Position numbers and translations under genes: made by a program. From the NCBI RefSeq assembly GCF_964204645.1, contig NC_134027.1, positions 6,666,485 to 6,730,484 on the forward strand: a DNA stretch of 64,000 nucleotides. The letters run 5' to 3'. Source of the DNA: Tubulanus polymorphus. Taxonomy: Eukaryota; Animalia; Nemertea. Position 1 is the stretch's first letter. Every line of letters begins with the position of its first letter. This document shows positions 1 through 25,000 of the stretch, one piece after another. The notes under the pieces are model-generated. The model searched no databases, was not told where the DNA came from, and saw only the letters and a list, made by a program, of their open reading frames with translations.

Positions 1-3000
1 AATTCATCGGTTATTCGCACGCGCAGCTGAACAAAAAATTCTTCAAATATTTGAATTTCTGTATACATATATATTCACATTTTTTAAAGATTGACACATT
101 AGATATTTTCTGATATTTTGTATTGATATTTTAGGTAAATTAAGTGCAATATATAAATGAAAGCAGACAGGAAAATAGTGAAAAACCCATCAACAATCAT
201 CAATTGGATTATTCTAAACCCAAAACCTGATGACCAGGTATTGAGTAAGAGAATGACCACTCCCATAAACATTGCTCCAATTATGAATGGAGTTGATTTC
301 TTCCCGTCTAAACAGAAACCTTGTGGGTAGTAAAGCACGCTGCCGGTGACTCAGGAAAAGTTACAAAGCGCCACTCTTTCATCCTACTTGTCACGGGCGG
401 CCAAAATCTTGCTACGCGGCCGCGGGACAGACTAAATCTGAACTGACGGTATTGGTTGAAAATGAAATCGTAAACCGTAATTGATCTCATTCAAGATTAC
501 CCACTACTTTATCTATATTTTGGTGGGAAACAGAGACGTAACTTATTCAAATTTGAAAAATTCAAATTCACGCAATCATTATAGCGAAACCAAATGACGT
601 CAAATATGATTGATCTGAACTATTGAATACACTATATATACGCCAGTTGTGCTAACTTCTTCATCGTATACATAATTATCTATCTGATGGCGAGCCGCAT
701 AAAAATCACGAAAGGCCAAGCTGACACATCTTCGTGTCGCCAATACGCAGGGCAGACGAATCGAAACGATTTCCCTTCAGAAGCAGATGTCCTTATATCA
801 CTTCATATACTTAGTAGCGTTTGCACAGGCAAGTTAAATAGCCCTCGCATCTGTCCATATTTATATGATAAAGAAAATAGCATATTTGTCTAGAATAATG
901 AGCATTCATATGTATGGACATTTATATTTGTTGCACGAAAATACTAAATATGTAACGTATATGAATTATTGATTAGAGTTGAATCGCAAATTCCAGAATA
1001 AAAAATTGTTTATTTCTTGCCGAAATGACCCTTTATTAGGCATGTGAACGAACTTATATATTTTGATACACGCTAATATTCCCACGCAAAATTCTACTAT
1101 CCAGCCGCTACTACATATATGATTGAGGATGATTGTATTACGCATTATACGTACGTACTTTGCGTATTGGTTACTACTTTTCATTCAACGCGTTTCAAAT
1201 TACGGTGAAATCGTTTGGATTAGTGAAATAATGCGCGCGCTTATTACCATAATTCATTCATTCCATCGTCAAAAAGGGTTAATCTTATCGTTGAATCGGC
1301 TTACACCACTACCACATAATGCTAAGCTAATCAAACCAATGAAAGAGTTTAAACTTTCTACTTCTATCCCCGTACATGCGGACTTTGTCTACAGCATCGA
1401 GCAAATGAAACGGGACCAATCCAACAGGTGTGTCCACAAACCTCGTTCAGAAAAAACTGGTATTCCAACATATACATACATATACATACAGAATCGTAGA
1501 ATATATAACTATAGATCTATGGATGGGAGTTGAGAACGAAATAGTAAACCCAATTTGTCTTTATATGAATATTCTGAATATTGTATCCGCTTAGCACAAA
1601 GGCATCATCTTACGGGTAAATAATCTCCATGAATGATTATTATCGCGTTGCTTGTTTGATCAAATATCAATCATGACCAACGTAATGGAAATTATCAAAT
1701 CGTATCAATTGGTGATCACGAAATCTCTTAAGACACTGTTGTGTTCGGATAGAGGATTCGTGCCCGTGTTTCGCAGTTAGTCGACATTTATCAACATTTA
1801 TCGCCCTGCACTATAATCAATCACTCTATGAAACTCATCATCAAACGTGCGCAAACAACTCTGAAGATTTTAAGAGATTTTTTTTTCAAAATTGACTCGA
1901 AACGAAACTATCATCAAAATACGCATGCATAAATCTCATTAATTCACATGAAAAATCTGTTAACATCAAGTTTTTTCAAGACAGTTCAAGACGAATCTGG
2001 TGGCATAGGACCACAATTAGGTTGGTAGCTTCAGGAGGCGTAGGGCAGGACCCGAAAAATGATACCTAGAATTCTGGAATTCAAAAGTGAGGCTGGGTAT
2101 GTGGGGCGACCACTTCTATGCGTATCTAAGATGCTGGCCTAGCACTCATATTAGCAGGATTTCCCCTGGATTTATACACTTATATATGACCTTAACGCTC
2201 GAATTTCTTGTTTTTACGATAGGATATAGAAGATTTTGGAATAGCATGGTCTTCAGGAGCTCATTGCAAGACTATGAGATATTCACCACCCAGTACTGAT
2301 ATTCTATAAGTAATCAGTAACTATGTAACGACCACAGTGTGTCAACCATCCGATAACAAAGTCATCAAATATGATAAGCGAACTATACTGACAATAGCTT
2401 TCATCAATATGTTTCGAGCAACACTGAAAAAATAATACCTATAATATAGGGTTGTTTATATACCACTTGTTTTTATGATTCGAATATCATTACTGAATTA
2501 CGCGTGTGATCTACAAGAGTAGGGCAAAGTCACAAAAACTATATCATATTTCCGCCATCACATCATCGACTAAGGCATGAAGTCAATTGTTGTTGATGAA
2601 TTCAAAATGATTTTTTCCGAAAACATCTAGTTGCTTTAACCAGTGAAAATACCTTAACGCATAGCCTTACTGGGGGTTCCCGATAGAGACTATGGCCAAT
2701 AAACCCCTTTATATATCTCATTTGAGACTTGTTGTTTGTTCCTATCTCGAATATTTTTGGTCGCAAAAGTGCTATTATACAATACATAGAACTGTAAACA
2801 AACTTCTCTTGCGGGTATGAAATGGCGTGATGATGGTGATGATTATATTAGACTAGTCAAATCTAGCAGGCGGTTCCTATCGATTTCTGCGTTAACACAT
2901 GTTTGTGATCAGATTTATGATCGATTTCTACATGCACATGTTTCAATCGAGTAGTCTAATACACATGCTTAATAATAATATTAATACTTGTAATGCGAAA

Positions 3001-3187
3001 TCGTTTGTATAGGTATAAAACAGATGGACGAGTTAATGCATTTGTTTGCCAGTAAAATTGTACCGCCTTTAATAATCCGATAATCTATATGAAAAGTTAA
3101 AAATTCGTGCACTCACGACACATGAAATAAACAGTTTGAGGCGTGAACCTTCGCATTTAAAAAGAAATAATCATTATCTTAACTTAC

Positions 3188-3507
3188 TTATTTGCCATGT
3201 AACCAGAAATCATCGAACCAATGAGAACAAAAAATAACTGGGCAAAAAATACCCAGCTCATTGTCTTCATATCGGAGGCAGTTTGACACCCTAAATCCAA
3301 AAGGGTGGGGCCCAGGAACGCCACGCACATGCCGAAACTCCAAAATACTGAGCACAAGATAATCGTCGATAGCCATTGTTTTTTGAATAAGGCGGTGAAA
3401 CTGACTCCTTCAGGAATTCCAGATAACGGAGCACTTTCGCCACGGGTTGATGTTTTTACTGGGAACGGTACCCCCGATGCGGAGGCTTCCAAGTGAGTTT
3501 GGGTCAT
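3188..3507 (-). CDS. MFSD4A: MFS transporter of the MFSD4A / sodium-dependent glucose transporter 1 family, first coding exon (remaining exons lie left of the window)
   Basis: ATG at 3507 (accATGa). Translation ...WLSTIILCSVFWSFGMCVAFLGPTLLDLGCQTASDMKTMSWVFFAQLFFVLIGSMISG matches the MFSD4 N-terminal signature (WSFFSFGLCIAFLGPTLLDL..QT......ISWVFF). The exon ends at a strong donor AA|GTAAGT at 3188/3187. No downstream MFS exons were recognised in 1-3187. Confidence 0.85.
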
Positions 3508-3557
3508 GGTGATTATCCGTCTCAACACAACTGTCCGCTCGATAAAGTATTTTCTAG

Positions 3558-3602
3558 TCAAATAGTTGAATCTGTGATTGAAAACTCCCTTCTAGGATCC
3601 AT
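3558..3602 (-). promoter_or_regulatory. Upstream ORF (MDPRREFSITDSTI*) in the putative 5' leader of the MFS transporter
   Basis: ATG at 3602 in gccATGg context and TGA at 3560-3558, 50 nt upstream of the main ATG and in a different frame. Confidence 0.45.
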
Positions 3603-4807
3603 GGCAGTGTTATCGTTTTTTTCAAAAATATCAAGCGCGAGTCTATCGGAAATGCAGTGCCAGGGTAACAGCCATCTGCGCTCTTACTAGGCTATAGCAG
3701 ACACTGTTTCAAATTATTGAATCGATGTGAGCGCTTCGCGCGACGGCTGTGTTTACTCGCATTTTATGCCCACAAAACCGACGCGAAAACCTCACTAAGA
3801 AATTATCCGAACCTATCAAATTCCGACCTTTGCTAAATTCAAACGGGTGTAACCTGATTATCGCACCAGTGCGTTTCGGCGACACTGAAGTCAGTCATGT
3901 AACTGGCGTCTTTTCTGTGGTCAGTATTGAAGTACTCGTAACCGCTACAGTTTACCGGCGACGGGCTTAACTTTTTGCGTGAAATTAACTTCCACATTCA
4001 GATTTATACTCGTGGTCATTCAACGACCTCATTAATTCAAAATGTACAGATAGTGATACAGAAAGAAATTGATATTCGTAATTCATCGTAAAGAAGCATA
4101 TATATATATATATATATATGTATATATCGGGCGGTAGATCGGGAACCCGGACGGGCCATGCACACAATTTTTCAGTAAATTTCCATTTTCACATCTGTAA
4201 ATTTAATTCCAGCGCATATGAGTGGAACGTAACGGAATACGAAAAAGGACTGTGAAACAAGGTATTTCGCTTCGACTTATCACGATAACGGTCGGTGCAC
4301 ACCCCGCCGGAGACTGGTAAATGTTTAAATAATATTTAATTGAATTATATTTGTTTCCATGGACTTCTCCGGTTAGACCGGTTGCCGGTCTCTGACTGCG
4401 TTTGCAGGTGGCGCAGCTTTTGACAGGTAACCAGTCTAGGTTTTCATACGGAGTACCACGTGCTTTTTGTTTACCGAACTAAAACGTCAACATAGCGCAG
4501 AGTAGAAATAGTTCGCAAATATATTGAGTCCCCATCCAACCAGAAATAAATATTTCGAAATAAGTCCTACATTTGTATATGAATCAAACTGGTTTAAAGT
4601 GATTGACGGATAATTATTCTTGGATTTCAAAATGCTCTGCTAATTCGACTTCGGGGTAAGATTAAAGCGCTGGCGGCGTACCACGTAAAATTGAGCAGTT
4701 CGGTCAGAAACACGTATTCATTCATCCACTTATCTAAAAAGTGGAGCAGATTTTCAGCGAACTAGCGAACAGTACTGGCTGACTATTCTAATATCTAATC
4801 GCCAGCT
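3603..4807. promoter_or_regulatory. Divergent (probably bidirectional) promoter region between MFSD4-like and ALDH1L
   Basis: The two main start codons point away from each other 1.3 kb apart, and the region is visibly richer in CpG than the ALDH1L body. Confidence 0.5.
4097..4127. repeat. (TA)n microsatellite
   Basis: Near-perfect TA run with one interruption. Confidence 0.9.
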
Positions 4808-11869
<7,062 letters not shown>

Positions 11870-13382
11870 AGCAATCTTCAATAGACGATACCATAGGTAG
11901 AATATGGGTTTATACTTTAGGTGTAATTACGGTTATTAGTTTGACTTAGTAAGAGAAAAGATATTCCTATACACTTGGTACCAGGTGCAGCTTGGCAGAA
12001 AATTTAGCACTCTTTGCAATCTTTGCTATAAAGATGCGGTTATGTATTTCCTTAATACATGTGATGATGAATGTGCTATTACGAAATGTGCAACATGAAA
12101 TATACCTTATTTGTGTTTATATGTTATTAGTTATACAGGTAGATTACAGAATTTTATGTTACTTAGCAGTTTTATTGGGGGCTTTGCTTTTTTGCTAGAA
12201 TATCAAATGCTATTTGTTGCTAATGCTTATAGTATAGGTGTCTCATATCTGTCTCGACAAAATTCTACATTTTGAGATATTTGTAACCGTGAAAGTATTG
12301 GATGACTGTGTAGTATTGAAAACTGCTGATTGTTTATTTCATTATGTACGGTTGTACATACGTATACATTGTATATTAATGTTTTATTTCTTTGACAAAA
12401 TTCATATACATAGCCACAGGGTGTGGATGAAGATTTGAGAGAATTATTTGAATTTTGAATTTTTTCTTGAAGCAGTAAAGAATTTAATGCTTTTGTTTAA
12501 TTTGTTTGCTTTTTGTTGAACTCGATTCGAGTTGTAAATACCAATCTGAGAATTATTACATTCATTGTAATGGTCACATTTTTTGCTATTCATGTTTTTC
12601 ACAGTCGTTCACAGGTCGGTTGTAGGTGTATCATGCAGTATATTTTTCTATTGCATTGCTGTATCATTCCCATTGAGTATATAAGACGTCATGAATTCGC
12701 CCAGCGAAATTACATACCTAGTACTTGTACACATAGTCATGCTGTCTACCACTTGCAGTTCGAGCTAAAACGTAATCAGAGTATCTTATGCTCTAAGTAG
12801 TGTTGGAAGAGATTTTTTCCATTTTGAAAAAGTATTTTCGACGACTGGCGTATGATAGACATTCTGTCCAATTGATAAATAGATATAATGTATATAGAAT
12901 ATATGCACTAAATGTACATATAATGTAATGATGTACATAATATATGTAAACGCTCAATGAAAAATCTCCCTCGTTCTATGAATACAGCACTAACTTTCAT
13001 TATCCCTACAGTACAGAGTATTTTAATGAAAGAATATATTTCATTTCATGTTATCGAGTTTCTCATAGTATTTAAAGTCATTGTACACTTAGTGTTTAGG
13101 AATTGTTGTGCGGTTGCTAATTATCAATAGAATACTCTATGCAGATGTACAGAAAATACTTGTATCAACATTGACAAAATCCTATAAATACCTTACGCCA
13201 TATATTCCTCGCCATGACTTCAAATATCCTTAATGTAAGATACATTAATGTAAATTTTCAACATGTACGCGTTATTATTGAACTTGTACAGTTGTGACAA
13301 CAGATTCTTCAAATTACCTTTAATTTGTTAAGTGCACCATGATACGTATTTTGTTTTATGAACTGAATATTATATTCTTAAA

Positions 13383-13388
13383 AATAAA
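13383..13388 (+). terminator. Candidate polyadenylation signal of ALDH1L
   Basis: AATAAA at the end of a 1.5-kb AT-rich tract downstream of the ALDH1L stop. Confidence 0.4.
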
Positions 13389-13869
13389 CTATAAATTTAT
13401 GAAAAATTATCATGAGTTGTTAGATGATTGTGCGTGTATATGTATCGTCTGGTCTTGAAATGATAGCGATATCGAAAAAAAGAAAACATTTCAGTTGTTC
13501 ATCGACATGTATTTACAACAATATGGTCATTTACAGGAATAGTTGAATATGTAGAGGTTAGATGATTCTGTATCGAATCAAGTTCGGCCAGACCGCACCG
13601 TGCGCGATAACGGATTTATCCGTTAATGATTTCTTCAATGACAATTTACGATGAAAATATATTCCTATTATTTCTATGTTTTGTTCATAGCCGCGACGAG
13701 AGCAAATGATTGGGATTTATGCGATGCACGCAGCGGTAGAACAACTGTTGAGAATTAGGACGAAACGCGTTATACTTCCAAAAAAAGATACACAAGTATT
13801 CAACCAGAGAGATTCGCAATGGCGTTATTTTTCTCAGTAACAGTTAATTGACATTCCAATCAAAGTTGA

Positions 13870-20067
<6,198 letters not shown>

Positions 20068-22035
20068 CTTGAAAGGTCGGATAGAAAATAGCAGCTGGTC
20101 ATTTAACAATAAACGTACACAATGGAACAATCTATGTTTTTGGTTCGACTCCATTTTCATGGCCATTAAAAATACGCTAGCACTCAGCCGTGCATGGCGT
20201 ATCATTGCATTTCAACATTTCATCCTCGAGCAAGCATCCAGGTTTACCAACTTTTACCCTCAAAAAGTTGATTTCCGTTATAGTTAATGAATAATTAATC
20301 TTAAGAGCTTCGGTTACCACATTTTCTGAGACGCCCAGTTTATATGCTATTGGATAGACGTAAAAATTAAAAATTTTGGCATTCTGAAAATATTTCCGGA
20401 TTCATTCAGAACCGTCGACTCGCGTGTAGTATCGACGTGATCTCGATCCGATGAGAATTGACGTTTGTAAAATCGTTCGTCGAGACTTTTCCCACGGGAT
20501 ATTGCGATTGCTTCACAGTCAATCGATTTGGTTTTCATTCTGCTGGCGCTGCTTCTCATGATGATCGCAGTGCTCGATCACGCGCCGACCCAACATCAGA
20601 AACATCTCACGTCATGACGCAATTGTCAAAGCGGAAACTTTTATCTTGAAAGTCTTCATCGCCCCTGGTCCATACTCACATACATAACACACATGACATG
20701 CACACACGTAGCTGGGTGTGACTTAAATAGATATATTTGAATATATAACAAGTTGAAGTGATTCGACCAAGGGACAAACGTCATTAATGTGAGGCTTTTT
20801 GTGAAGCTCTTATGAATTGATTCAAAATATTACTCGATTTGTCTCCGTTCTCCTACATTTTTAGGATGATATCGATAATCAAAAGATAGAGCTTTGTTAC
20901 GCTGCTTAATTCGTGCAACTGAACGCAACCAGAAGATATCCCGCCGGACACGCGAAATATCAGCTTATTCATCGGATTACTATCATCATCTGACGTGCAC
21001 CACCGGCATCCGACAAAAATCATGCCATAATTAAAATTCAACATAGCCGTGTGGGCGCGTGATTTAGTTTGAAGCCGAGAGGAAAAAACGAAGTTCGAGT
21101 CGATCCGAGGCAACTCTTCACAAATGTGACGCCACGCATGTCGTCTATCGCCGTGTCAAATGAACAAATATCAATTCTGATTGATTGTATCGAAAATTCA
21201 TTGAAATTCTCGGCAAATATTTCGAGCATCGTTTCGGAGATAGTAATTTCGATTCGGCATGTACAAAATCGGATAAATCAAATGTACTTCAGTAGGAAAG
21301 GTATTCTCAGATCGCCTATTGAATTATAAATCAAAATAAAACGCTTCTGCAAGACGTTCATAAATTGAAGTGAAAATAAAAAATTGCATTACGAAAAGAG
21401 CCACTTAAACGAAAGAATCTCTGAATATCGCTCAGAGAATTACAACTGTAAATTGCAGAGATTTCGCCTTTTCTAGAATTGTTTTTATGCGATCAATTTT
21501 GCTGCGCGTTCCATCAATTTTATTGACGTATACAAAAGGACGGAAACATGTTGAACACGTCTTACTTTTCACAAACGAGCTTCATTCACATTCGAAAAGC
21601 TATTTCAGGGGATTGCTTCAGATCTATACCATTGGAAAATGGTTACCTCCAAAATAGATGACAACCTTACCTCTATAAAACCTTCTCTAGTGGATCTAAG
21701 AATCTTAAAGTCGTTACGAAAAAGTTGTTCTATATTGTTCGTAGATTCTTCGAATGTTTGCCTATATATCTCTTCTACTGGTAGCGGTGAGTGACAGTCG
21801 GGTGGGCCTTCGGGTTCTGAGGGAAAGATAATTTTTAGATCATTTTAAGGATGATGTCACTTCGCTGTAGGCTGCGAACTGTTAAATTATGAATTCGCCT
21901 CACACAAGCATATCTTTTTGAAGATAATCTTCATTTATTACACCTACGCTGACGCCGGGTTAAGGCATTCAAGTGACTTACATTGAGCGAAAACCCACAA
22001 TATAGACCCCTAACAACTGCTATTGTTTTATTCCT

Positions 22036-22070
22036 TACGTTTCGGATGGAATACTTCCATCCATCTTCAG
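22036..22070 (-). ncRNA. Minimal type-I hammerhead ribozyme core of the Penelope-like retroelement kind (probably degenerate)
   Basis: The minus strand reads CUGAAGA-U-GGAUGGAA-gua-UUCCAUCC-GAAAC-GUA: both conserved core boxes, a perfect 8-bp stem II and a palindromic ACGU helix III. Stem I pairs only about 2 bp. Confidence 0.5.
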
Positions 22071-25000
22071 AGTTAATTTGTTTTCGTTCAATGATATTCA
22101 AGACTGGTCTCGACTAGTTCATTTACGATTGGCTTACAGTTTGAAGGGAAGACAAAATAAAGATATTTTAAAAGATATTGCGGATATAGCATTTCACATT
22201 CTCGCTATCTATTCTCGTCGCTATAATTTTTCACCTCCGATATAATAGGAATAGACCGGGAATGATAAATTAGTTCATGTCAAATGACTGTCAAATTAAT
22301 TCAATTTCTCGCGTAAAAGTAAACTGGAGATTATAGGCCTATATGAAAGGTTCATAAGATATAATTGCTCAAAGCACTTTTTCATTTGACACCCACGAAC
22401 ATCCAAAGTAAAATTCAATAAAGCGTGTGTAGAATACTTCTGAAAAGCTGAGCTCGTTTACATCAGCGTTTACATGTACTACTTGGACTTTCCTTTAAAA
22501 CTCCGATCAGTGATAGATAGAATTATATAAGAAAAAAAAATTCACAAAATATCGTTTTTAATCAAATTAGATTCTGGAAACCGTAATGCGATTTGCATTA
22601 ATCGATAACCATTAGCTCACTGGTGTAAAGTAGCCAATTGAAATCGCATTGGAGCTGAAAGTATTAGGTGTAAAAGGTTGTCGCTCGATCGCGGTTCAAG
22701 GCAATGTCGACTGATATCCATGGAAATCCGGCCGACGTTTCGTCCACAGGCGACGGAGTGATTTTTTATGAGACTGATATTGTGTAAATAATTATGTATA
22801 CAAATATATAAATGGCAAAAAAGAAAAGTCTGTTTACGATATGATAAAAGCAATTAAAAAGTAATTTGTTTCGATTCGTAAAAATACTCTCAGAGTGAAA
22901 TTGATACCCAATCGCTTTTGCCCCCGGTTTAATCATAGTCAAGGATTTTTTGAGAAAAGTCACTGTATCATAATTACATATAGTTCATTCATAAACTGTA
23001 CTTTACCTAACACATTCTTAAATATATCTTTCCATCCAATTGCATTTCCCTGAAAATAGATGAAATGTATACATTATTCAAGGTAAATCGAAGAAATCGG
23101 TACTCAAAAAAGAAACTCATTAATTTCTAGACATCTACTCGACTTATTTGAAATTTCTACCGGATAAACAAAATGGAGAAAAACTAATTCGGCATTGGTA
23201 TCCATCTAATGTTTCGTTTTAGGTAGGCAATACTATCGTGTTCGTCTGACAAGCGGATTATTTTCCACTACGAATTAATTCCGAACAAATCTTCAACTCA
23301 TATTTCTTCATATGTGCAGAGGAGGAATGAAAAACGAATTCAATTTGGTTAATAAATTCACCATTTATGATGCAACTTCTTTATCCAGAGGCCTATATCT
23401 TTTGAAGAGGCCTATATTATTTTCACCAATAACACGGGTATAGTGAAACAAAACAAAGCGTCTTCAATCCAGGTTTTTTTTCGATCCAGGATTTCGGTTT
23501 GTTTTAATTGAGCTTTAATTACCGGAAAGGTTATGATATGTAAATTGTAATCTCAAAGTACAGATTATAAAGCGAAGATTTCGAAGATTCAACGGAGATT
23601 ATCAATGAACTGTAATCGTATGCTTGCTTTGTGTTTTCTCTGCATCTTCCTGATAAAATTTTGATATATCTGTATCGTATTAAGAGGTAGTATCTTATAC
23701 AATGACATAATCTCAACGCTTGATTGACGAATAAATATTCTATTGAAATAAATCGCTGGCGACGAACGAATGAGGTATTCACAGGTTCAATCACCTTTTT
23801 ATCCCGTTTTCTCAAATTAAGGAACATTGAAGAAAATAATGTAATCCACCCACAATCATAGCGTTTATTGGCCAATCCATCATTCTAAACGTTATCTTCA
23901 GCAGGCAAGTTCAGAGGGATGGTGCATTGCATTGTATCGTAAGGAGGTGACGGCGGTTTCACCGAGTTCCGTATAGAGTTTCATTTATCCTCAATTATTT
24001 ACCACCCGTTTTCACTCACCGGTCACGCCAGGTGCATGTTCATAGATTTACACACAGAACTTGCGTGATATGTACGGAAGATCCTAGGGAAATATTCGGG
24101 GGGGGGGGGGTAGTTTTCGTTTTTATAAAACTAGTTTATTCCGAGTTACATTTTGTATTCATTTCTAAGTTGTTTTATTTTCATTGTTGAATAATTTCAG
24201 CGAGTTCTACACTAAACTTCGTTTCAACAAGATGAGTCATCGGTAGCGTGTGAACATGGCTTGAAAGTATAGATCTCTGTGTCGTTGCCATTTTGCACAA
24301 GAGTTGCGTTACAGAAATCCAGTTTAATGGTACTCCGTCGTCTGTCTGCGCTAATCATTCAAAAGGACTGTTAAAACCCATTGGAAAGGCATCTCAGATA
24401 GAATCTGTTACATTAAACATTGCACCAACTTTCCATAGTTTTTAGATGATATTCACGATCACAAAAGCAGAAATGGGCGCGTGTCACTCGTGAGACTTTC
24501 GGGATAAAGTAGATCTTTAGGTATGGAAATAGAAAGAGACAGCCTACTCTCTATCAGTACTTAACTCATCGTCAGATATGAAACATTGCCGTATTGGGGA
24601 TTTGTCCGATAAAACGTGGTTGAAATGATTTATCAGTTCAGAAGAGAGAATTAGAGAGCGATGCTTACAACGGTGTGTATTTCAATATAAAAAGTACGAG
24701 CCATTCAAAAAGCGTTATCCCTCTGTTAAGTTTTCGTTTTCTATTCAATGCTCAATATTAACCGGTTACATTACAATTAACAGGAATCTGGTTATCCATG
24801 AATTTAAATCATTTTGAAAGAAACACAGCTTATGGATTTTGGCACGAGTAGACTGTGTATTCTAAAAGTTCTAATGATAACGTTTATACTCACGTGAATA
24901 GCGATTAAACATTGTAACAACAGGATGAACAGACGTGTAAAAGTTGCCAAAAGGCTTTTCTTCATTTTCCTGATTATCTGAAAAAAGTAGAATATGAATG

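Noticed and set aside
1123-1533. 136-aa plus-strand ORF
   Set aside because: It has a non-ATG start, no motifs, runs through a microsatellite-like tract, and lies antisense within the MFS intron.
20068-20559. RHARLS (ORF 19906-20205) and CEAIAIS...VLNESG (ORF 20347-20559) as upstream protease exons
   Set aside because: There are no convincing phase-compatible splice sites, and the conserved discoidin Trp residues are missing.
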